Position numbers and translations under genes: made by a program. The notes beneath the pieces were generated by a model. The model was given only the letters and a program-made list of their open reading frames with translations, searched no databases and had not been told where the DNA came from. Of a stretch of 64,000 nt of DNA, positions 57,637 to 64,000 are shown in pieces. Source of the DNA: Myxococcota bacterium (GTDB lineage Bacteria > Myxococcota_A > UBA9160 > UBA4427); assembly GCA_029268645.1 (NCBI GenBank), contig JAQWNI010000253.1, forward strand, positions 7,690 to 71,689. The letters are read 5' to 3'. Every line of letters begins with the position of its first letter. Position 1 is the first letter of the stretch.

Positions 57637-57664
57637 ACGGGCAGGGGAGAAATTCCCTGCCCGT
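57637..57664 (+). terminator. GC-rich hairpin between aor and moeA
   Basis: ACGGGCAGGG-N8-CCCTGCCCGT followed by a short T run. Confidence 0.45.
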
Positions 57665-57723
57665 TTGCCGTTCCGGCGCCGCCGAGCAGGGTCAAGGTTC
57701 CAAGAAAGGAAGTGGGGTGACCA

Positions 57724-58971
57724 ATGCCGCGTGACGTGCGCATGCGCGGATTTGCCGAACGAGCGGACGTCGAGGAGGTCGAGTCCTTTCTAAGGCAAAA
57801 CACGACTGCTCTTCTTTCCGAAGTCGTTCCTCTGCTCGAATGTGTCGGGCGCGTGCTGGCTCGGGACGTGGTCGCCGAAGTCGATGTGCCCGGCTTCCCC
57901 CGGTCGGCGATGGATGGCTACGCGATTCGTGGGGAAGAAAGCTTCGGAGCCTCTGACTACGACCCGATCGCGTTCGGGGTCATCGGGACGGCACTTCCGG
58001 GGAATCCGTATCCCGGCTCTGTTGAGGCGGGTCAGGCGGTTCGAATCATGACGGGGGCTCCGCTGCCTGGGGGAGCAGACGCGGTGGTGATGGCTGAGGT
58101 TTGCCAAGAAGACCTCAAGGCAGGTCGTGTCGAGGTGAGCGAGGCAGTTGCGCCCCGCAAGAATGTGGGCGTTATTGGGGAAGACATACGCAAAGGTGAG
58201 CGGGTTTTGTTTGCCGGTCGACGTCTAAGGCCTCAAGACGTCGGCTTGTTGTCTTCGATTGGCCACGCCCGAGTGGATTGCGTGCGGCGTCCTAGGGTGG
58301 CGTTGGTCATCACAGGAGACGAGTTGCTGCCAGCGGGCGCGCGACCTTCCGGAGCAAAAATCGTCGACAGCAATTCAGTGGTGATGCGAGGGCTGGTCGA
58401 TCGAGATGGAGCCGAATCCCTGCCGTTCCAGATTCTGCCTGATGTGCCCGAGCGGATCGCCGAAGCGATGTCTAACCAGGAAGCCGATGTGGTCTTGGTG
58501 TCGGGGGGCAGCTCAGTCGGCCAAGAAGACCATGCCCCTCGATTGCTCAGCCAGCTCGGCTCCCTGGATTTTCACGGAATTTCAATGCGGCCTTCGAGTC
58601 CGACCGGGATAGGCCGACTGGGCGACGCCTTCGTCTTTCTCTTGCCCGGGAATCCGGTGAGCTGTCTGGCGGCCTACGAGTTTTTTGCGGGACCGACGAT
58701 TCGGCGTCTCGGGGGTCGCTCTGGAGCATGGCCCCACCGGGTGGCTTCCTGGCCACTCGCGAGAAAGATCGCCTCGGCCATTGGCCGGACCGATTATGTT
58801 CGGGTGGCCCTCGAAGAAGGCCACGCTGTGCCGTTGGCCACTTCAGGTGCTTCGATTCTTTCCTCCACGGTGCGGGCTGTCGGGGCTGTGATCGTGCCCC
58901 GTGAGTGGGAAGGCATTGCCGAGGGGGACTCGGTGGAAGTTCTGCTCTACGACGAGGATCGATCCGAGTGA
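57724..58971 (+). CDS. moeA: Molybdopterin metal-insertase MoeA
   Basis: SAMDGYA, IMTGAPLP, TGDEL, DSN, SGGSSVG..D, LPGNPVS. Confidence 0.92.
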   Translation: MPRDVRMRGFAERADVEEVESFLRQNTTALLSEVVPLLECVGRVLARDVVAEVDVPGFPRSAMDGYAIRGEESFGASDYDPIAFGVIGTALPGNPYPGSVEAGQAVRIMTGAPLPGGADAVVMAEVCQEDLKAGRVEVSEAVAPRKNVGVIGEDIRKGERVLFAGRRLRPQDVGLLSSIGHARVDCVRRPRVALVITGDELLPAGARPSGAKIVDSNSVVMRGLVDRDGAESLPFQILPDVPERIAEAMSNQEADVVLVSGGSSVGQEDHAPRLLSQLGSLDFHGISMRPSSPTGIGRLGDAFVFLLPGNPVSCLAAYEFFAGPTIRRLGGRSGAWPHRVASWPLARKIASAIGRTDYVRVALEEGHAVPLATSGASILSSTVRAVGAVIVPREWEGIAEGDSVEVLLYDEDRSE

Positions 58972-60878
58972 AGCAGCAGCAATTTCTTGAAGTGCTCGAC
59001 CGAGACGAGGCCGAACGCCGCTGGCGCGAAGTGATTTCTGTGGCACCGGGTGTTTCGGAGTCCGTCCGATTGGAAGATGCGCTGGGCCGGGTATTGGCCG
59101 AAGACGTGCGCGCACCGGTTGATGTGCCGGGCTTTGATCGGTCCAACATGGATGGCTTTGCGATTCAGGCTCCGGATACCTTTGGGGCCTCTGAGGAAGA
59201 GCCGGTCCTTCTCCGACTGAACAGCGAAACGGTCCCCACCGGTGTAGCCCCGCAACAGGAAGTGACCCCTGGAACCGCAACCCAGATTGCGACAGGAGGC
59301 ATGTTGCCCCGGGGCGCTGATGCCGTGGTGCCTGTGGAGCAGACGGATATTGACGATGGGGCCCCCCAGGTTCTGATTGTTCGTCAGGCTCGAACGCCCG
59401 GTGCGGCCATCTCCTATGCGGGAACCGATATGGGGCGGGGGGAGACGATTCTATTTGCCGGCACCCGTCTCACCTCCCGTGAGACGGGTCTGCTGGCGGC
59501 GGTGGGTTGCCCTGCGGTTTCCCTGATTCGTCCTCCTCGCGTAGCGATTCTTTCCACCGGCGATGAGATTGTGCAGCCCGGTGAAGAAATGCGCCCGGGT
59601 CTGGTGTACGACAGCAATGGCCGCATCCTCGCGGATGCGGTGCGCGAAGTCGGGGGGGATCCGTGGTTTCTTGGGTCTTTTGGTGATGATCTATCCCTGC
59701 TCCGGCCTGCCTTGCAAAAGGCTCTGGAGGGGGCGGATCTGGTTCTGCTCTCTGGAGGCACCTCTAAGGGAGAAGGGGACCTGAACGCGGCGGCGGTGGG
59801 CGAACTGGATCCCGGGGTGGTCGTGCACGGCGTTGCTTTAAAACCGGGTAAGCCCATTTGTTTGGCGGCCAGCGGGCAACGCCCCGTGGTGATCCTGCCT
59901 GGTTTTCCCACCTCGGCCATCTTCACGTTCCACGAGTTTGTGGCACCGGTCATTCGAGCCCTGTCTGGCCAGGGGGAAACAGATCGTCCCGTCGCCCAGG
60001 CCCGATTGGCTCAAAAGGTCGTCTCGGACCGAGGGCGGTTGGAATACTTATTGGTGGGGCTCGTTCAGCCCGGCGGATTATCACAGGAGACCCGCCCTGC
60101 CGCCTATCCGATGGGTAAAGGCAGTGGCAGCGTGACCTCTTTTAGCCGCGCCGATGGTTTTGTTCGAATTGCGCGCAACCGCGAATTGATGGATGAGGGC
60201 GAAACGGTCGACGTGACCCTGATGGGTCATGAGATCCCTCTTTCTGATTTGGTCGTTATTGGCAGTCACTGCGCGGGTTTGGATGTGCTTGCGAGCGCTT
60301 TGGCGGCCGATGGGTTGCGGGTCAAACTCTTGGCGGTGGGCAGCCAGGGGGGACTCGGTGCAGCGGCCCGAGGCGAGTGTGATCTCGCCCCGATTCACCT
60401 TCTTGATCCGGACAGCGGCGACTACAACGCGCCTTTCCTCCCCGATCATCTTCGATTGTTGCGTGGCTATGTGCGCATGCAGGGTGTCGTCACGAGAGAG
60501 GGCGACGATCGCTCGGTCGATGAACTTTTGGCCGATGAGTCTCTCCGCATGGTGAACCGGAACCGAGGAGCGGGAACCCGGGTCCTGATTGACGAGCTGT
60601 TGGGGGACCGACGCCCTCCTGGATACGGGTACGAGCCTCGCAGCCACTACGCCGTGGCGGCCGCGATTGCGCAGGGGCGTGCTGATTGGGGGGTCACCAT
60701 CGAAACGGTGGCGCGAGAAACGAATCTCCGTTTCAGACCCCTGCGCGCCGAGCGATACGATTTTGCGGTCCCTAAAGACCGTTGGGAGCGCCCCGCCGTC
60801 CGCCGGCTTCGGTTGCTGCTCGAGTCGGGGACCGCTGTGCGAAAAGTTTTGGCCGACCGAGGGTTCCCCGAAAATTAA
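58968..60878 (+). CDS. moeA: MoeA fused to C-terminal PBP (substrate-binding) domain
   Basis: SNMDGFA, STGDE, SGGTSKG.GD, KPGKP, PGFPTS; then GSHC, GS.GG, NRN.GAGTR, ERYDF. Confidence 0.9.
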   Translation: MKQQQFLEVLDRDEAERRWREVISVAPGVSESVRLEDALGRVLAEDVRAPVDVPGFDRSNMDGFAIQAPDTFGASEEEPVLLRLNSETVPTGVAPQQEVTPGTATQIATGGMLPRGADAVVPVEQTDIDDGAPQVLIVRQARTPGAAISYAGTDMGRGETILFAGTRLTSRETGLLAAVGCPAVSLIRPPRVAILSTGDEIVQPGEEMRPGLVYDSNGRILADAVREVGGDPWFLGSFGDDLSLLRPALQKALEGADLVLLSGGTSKGEGDLNAAAVGELDPGVVVHGVALKPGKPICLAASGQRPVVILPGFPTSAIFTFHEFVAPVIRALSGQGETDRPVAQARLAQKVVSDRGRLEYLLVGLVQPGGLSQETRPAAYPMGKGSGSVTSFSRADGFVRIARNRELMDEGETVDVTLMGHEIPLSDLVVIGSHCAGLDVLASALAADGLRVKLLAVGSQGGLGAAARGECDLAPIHLLDPDSGDYNAPFLPDHLRLLRGYVRMQGVVTREGDDRSVDELLADESLRMVNRNRGAGTRVLIDELLGDRRPPGYGYEPRSHYAVAAAIAQGRADWGVTIETVARETNLRFRPLRAERYDFAVPKDRWERPAVRRLRLLLESGTAVRKVLADRGFPEN

Positions 60879-61334
60879 TGGCCAGTCGACCCGGGCGGGC
60901 CAGCTTGAGCCGTTCGAGACCCTGGGCGTTGAGGGGCCTTCAGGCCCAATCCCCCAGCGGGTCAGCGGATTTTGAACGCCCACAGGGTCCGTTGCTCAGG
61001 TCCGGGGGGCGGGTTAGCTTGGAGGTTCGAACCATGAACAAACCCAGTCCATCTCGTCGCGCGGGACCAGCTGAAAGCCGGTCTCCAAATAGCCTCAGGG
61101 GCCTCGCTTCGGCCGGCCCCCATTTGCTCCATCGCGCCCCCTCCCATTTCCACCACCGGGAGGCCGGTCGCATGGCACGAGGGCTTCGTCTGTGGCGCTG
61201 ATGAAAGCCCCGCCCTCGGGTTTTGATTCGCAGGTCCAACACGAGTCGACCGACTCTTGGGCGGCTTCACCTTTTTCGTTTCTCGATACCGATGACGGTC
61301 GCTCGCTGCGGCGACCCTCTGGGAAGGACCGGTT

Positions 61335-62618
61335 TTGACGATCCTCGCTTCTGTGGCGGTCATCTTCATCTGTCTGGCACTTTCAGCCTTTTTCTCCAGC
61401 AGTGAGACGGCTCTTTTTCGAATCCGCTCTCACGACATGGAGGAAGAGATCAAGGGCACGAGCGGACCGGCTGCGGTGGCCGTTCGCGAATTGACATCTT
61501 CTTCGTCGCGATTGCTGGTCACGATCCTGCTGGGCAACAACATTGTGAATATCTTGGGGGCTTCGGTGGCCTCGGCTTTGGCCGTTCAGCTCCTTGGTTT
61601 CGATGTGGGCGTTCCGGTGGCGACCGCGGTGATGACCTTTCTCATCCTTTTGCTCGCAGAAATCCTGCCCAAGGCGGTGGCGGCTCGGCACCCGATGGGT
61701 GTTTCAATGTCAGTCGGGCTACCGCTCTACATTTTTCACCAATTGCTTCGACCCGTTCACGCTGTGTTTGATCGAGTCATCGACCCGATCGTGCGTCGGG
61801 CTACCGGGGGTGTTGAAAGCGGCGGCGGGCTATCGCCCGAGGCGGTTTTGAGATTGGCCCGTGAAATTCGAGAAGACGAAGGGGCGGGTTCGCCCTTTGC
61901 CATCATTGGGGCGACCTCCGAAGCGGCGGAACTCCATGTCACGGATATCATGGTGCCGCGAACGGAAATCGAGTCCTATCCCTCGGATACCCCGCCTTCG
62001 GAGCTTCTCGACTCTATGCTGGGCAGCCTCTATACCCGGGTTCCGATCTATGAGGAGGACATCGATCACGTTCTGGGCATCGTGCATTTAAAGGATCTCT
62101 TTAAAATGGTAGGAACCGGGGGTGACGATGTTCAGACCATCCTGAAGCCTGTTCTCCGGGTGCCGGAACGGAAGCCGATCCTTCGATTGCTAGCGGACAT
62201 GCAACGCGCTTTTTGTCATATGGCTTTGGTCAAAGATGAATTTGGCGTGACCCAGGGCTTGGTGACTCAGGAAGACATCCTTGAAGAAATCGTGGGTGAA
62301 ATCCGAGACGAATTTGATTCGGAGGAATTGTTCACGATCCGCAAGCTTCGCGATGGCAGCTACGAGGTATTGGGGCGTGTTTCGGTTCTGGATTTTAACC
62401 GCGAGTCGGGATGGCAGGTTCCCGCTGAACGCGGCGATACGATGGGGGGGCTGATTTACAACACCCTCGAACGGGCGCCTCGCCGAGGTGAACTCGTTGG
62501 AGTGCCCGGCTATGAATTCGCCTGCATCGATGTGTCGGGCAGTCGCATCACCCGCATCAAAGTGACCCAGTCCGGGGAAGAAGACGACCATGGCAAGGAA
62601 AGCCGAAACGGTCACTGA
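61335..62618 (+). CDS. CNNM/CorB (DUF21-CBS-CorC) hemolysin-family membrane protein
   Basis: SAFFSSSETA, TILLGNN, AEILPK, MVPR, DEFG, EDILEEIVGEI.DE.D, CorC tail. Confidence 0.92.
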   Translation: MTILASVAVIFICLALSAFFSSSETALFRIRSHDMEEEIKGTSGPAAVAVRELTSSSSRLLVTILLGNNIVNILGASVASALAVQLLGFDVGVPVATAVMTFLILLLAEILPKAVAARHPMGVSMSVGLPLYIFHQLLRPVHAVFDRVIDPIVRRATGGVESGGGLSPEAVLRLAREIREDEGAGSPFAIIGATSEAAELHVTDIMVPRTEIESYPSDTPPSELLDSMLGSLYTRVPIYEEDIDHVLGIVHLKDLFKMVGTGGDDVQTILKPVLRVPERKPILRLLADMQRAFCHMALVKDEFGVTQGLVTQEDILEEIVGEIRDEFDSEELFTIRKLRDGSYEVLGRVSVLDFNRESGWQVPAERGDTMGGLIYNTLERAPRRGELVGVPGYEFACIDVSGSRITRIKVTQSGEEDDHGKESRNGH

Positions 62619-63819
62619 GGGCGCTTCGGAACGGCCGGCGCTTCGGGTGGGTCAGTGCCTGGAGCTTCGGGTCCTGCGTCTCGCGGCTGGGGGCGACGGC
62701 GTGGCGAAAGCGCCGGACGGCCGTACGGTCTTTGTGCCTCTCTCCGCGCCGGATGACTGGCTCGAGGTCCAGATTGTCGACGTTCAACGTCGCTTTCTGC
62801 GGGCTGAAATTTTGAAGGTTCTCCGCCCGGGGCCGGCCCGTGTCGAAGCGCCATGTCCTGTTTTTGGGGTCTGTGGTGGCTGCAGCTGGCAGCACCTCGA
62901 ATACGCTGCACAGGTTGAGGCGAAGCGCACAATCCTCTCGGATGCCCTGTCTCGGATTGGCGGGATCGCACTCGGCGAAGACCCAGCATTGATGCCTTCG
63001 CCCAGGGGCTACGGATACCGGGCGCGGGCGCGGATTCTTGCTGGAGCGGGGGAGTCGGGCTTTCGAGCTCGACGATCGCACCGTCTTTGCGCGACGACAG
63101 CCTGTCCCGTGCTGACACCGGCCTTGGAGTCTTCGCTGGAGACAGTTCGTCGCTTGAGTGAGCCAGACTCGGAGCCCGTCGAGTGGGAAATTTCACTGGG
63201 CGCCACGGGATCGGCTCGATGCGGTCGCGTCAGCGACAAAAGCGGGCCCCCTGTCGCTTTGCAGATCGAAGGGGACGAAATCCAAATCTCGCCGGGCACT
63301 TTTGCCCAAGCCAATTCCCTGCTCTGGGAGGCTCTGCATTGTCGAGTCTTGGCGGCGACGGGCCAGGGTCAACGAGTCCTCGAACTTTATGCCGGGGCCG
63401 GCTTCTTCACCTTGGGCTTGGCTCGACGCTTTTCCCAGGTGATCGCCATCGAGTCGGCGGCTTCAGCGGTCTCTGATCTTCGTGCCAACCTAGAACGAGC
63501 GGGCCTGGACCATGTCGAGGTCATTGCGGCCAGCGTGGAGTCAGCGCTGCCGAGCCGAAGGTTGTCGCGTCCCGACGCCATTCTGCTTGACCCACCGCGG
63601 GCCGGCTTACCGGAGTGCGCCCTCAAGGCGGTCGCTCAGCTTCGTGCCCCGAGAATTATCTATCTTTCCTGCGATCCGGCGACCCTCGCGAGAGACACGG
63701 CGCGTTTGCAGAAGAAGGGCTATCGAGTCGCTTCAATCGAGGGATTCGACCTCTTTCCGCAGACGCCTCATCTCGAGGCCTTAGCGGTTTTGGAGCGGCC
63801 GAGCGGGATTGAGGATTAG
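62590..63819 (+). CDS. rlmD: 23S rRNA m5U methyltransferase (RlmD/TrmA family)
   Basis: TRAM domain, C.....CGGC, F.QAN, ELYAGAG, DPPRAG, YLSCDPATLARD, DLFPQTPHLE. Confidence 0.88.
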   Translation: MARKAETVTEGASERPALRVGQCLELRVLRLAAGGDGVAKAPDGRTVFVPLSAPDDWLEVQIVDVQRRFLRAEILKVLRPGPARVEAPCPVFGVCGGCSWQHLEYAAQVEAKRTILSDALSRIGGIALGEDPALMPSPRGYGYRARARILAGAGESGFRARRSHRLCATTACPVLTPALESSLETVRRLSEPDSEPVEWEISLGATGSARCGRVSDKSGPPVALQIEGDEIQISPGTFAQANSLLWEALHCRVLAATGQGQRVLELYAGAGFFTLGLARRFSQVIAIESAASAVSDLRANLERAGLDHVEVIAASVESALPSRRLSRPDAILLDPPRAGLPECALKAVAQLRAPRIIYLSCDPATLARDTARLQKKGYRVASIEGFDLFPQTPHLEALAVLERPSGIED

Positions 63820-64000
63820 GGCTCGATCAGGCCGTGACGGAGTGCGTAGCGAACGAGTTCGGTCGCTTTCCGCACGCCCAGTTTTCGCATCAGGCTCGTG
63901 CGATGGGCTTCGACGGTTTTGACGCTGATGTCGAGTGCGACCGCGACTTCTTTGGCCGAAAGACCTTCGGCGATCTGATGCAGAACTTCCCGTTCGCGTC
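63816..64000 (-). CDS. LuxR/NarL-type HTH regulator (3' end only)
   Basis: Manual translation: REREVLHQIAEGLSAKEVAVALDISVKTVEAHRTSLMRKLG...ELVRYALRHGLIEP*. Confidence 0.9.
   Translation of the reverse strand, partial: REREVLHQIAEGLSAKEVAVALDISVKTVEAHRTSLMRKLGVRKATELVRYALRHGLIEP

Noticed and set aside
56556..57803. 415-aa minus-strand ORF
   Set aside because: Antisense shadow of aor.
60990..61020. TCAGGTCCGG resembling the SRP RNA core
   Set aside because: Lacks the following AAGGAAGCAGC and the SRP helix pairing.
1..64000. CRISPR arrays, IS elements, integrases, prophage or known defence systems
   Set aside because: No repeat-spacer periodicity and no transposase, integrase or phage motifs seen by eye.

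Overview
A GC-rich, densely coding bacterial chromosomal segment with about 62 genes. I found no rRNA, tRNA, CRISPR array or mobile element. Gene content tentatively suggests an aquatic Myxococcota/deltaproteobacterium-like organism. Main blocks: (1) a DinG helicase with a dead exonuclease domain; (2) a translationally coupled type II fatty-acid cluster (fabH-fabA-fabG-fabZ-KAS-ACP-acyltransferase-PPTase) plus a 1877-aa single-chain acyl-CoA carboxylase, folB and an LpxL-type acyltransferase; (3) an MFS transporter and cofG/cofH deazaflavin (FO) synthase; (4) an orphan, motif-altered DnaA paralog beside a Lon-N protein and a Wss1/WLM-like metalloprotease whose last five residues are the beta-clamp motif QLSLF; (5) thiC under a TPP riboswitch with a ~51-nt insertion in L5; (6) cytochromes c (one with a CXCH motif), aroC, tRNA/translation genes (tapT, ychF, tgt, a QNG1-like queuosine salvage gene), a DddW/DddK-like cupin and an exported PheC-AroQ fusion; (7) an aldehyde:ferredoxin oxidoreductase with moaD and two moeA genes; then a CNNM-family gene, rlmD and a partial LuxR regulator. 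The best novelty candidates are the putative clamp-binding Wss1-like protease next to the DnaA paralog, the expanded TPP riboswitch and the FabD/FabI-less lipid cluster. All calls come from reading motifs by eye; no database searches were run.
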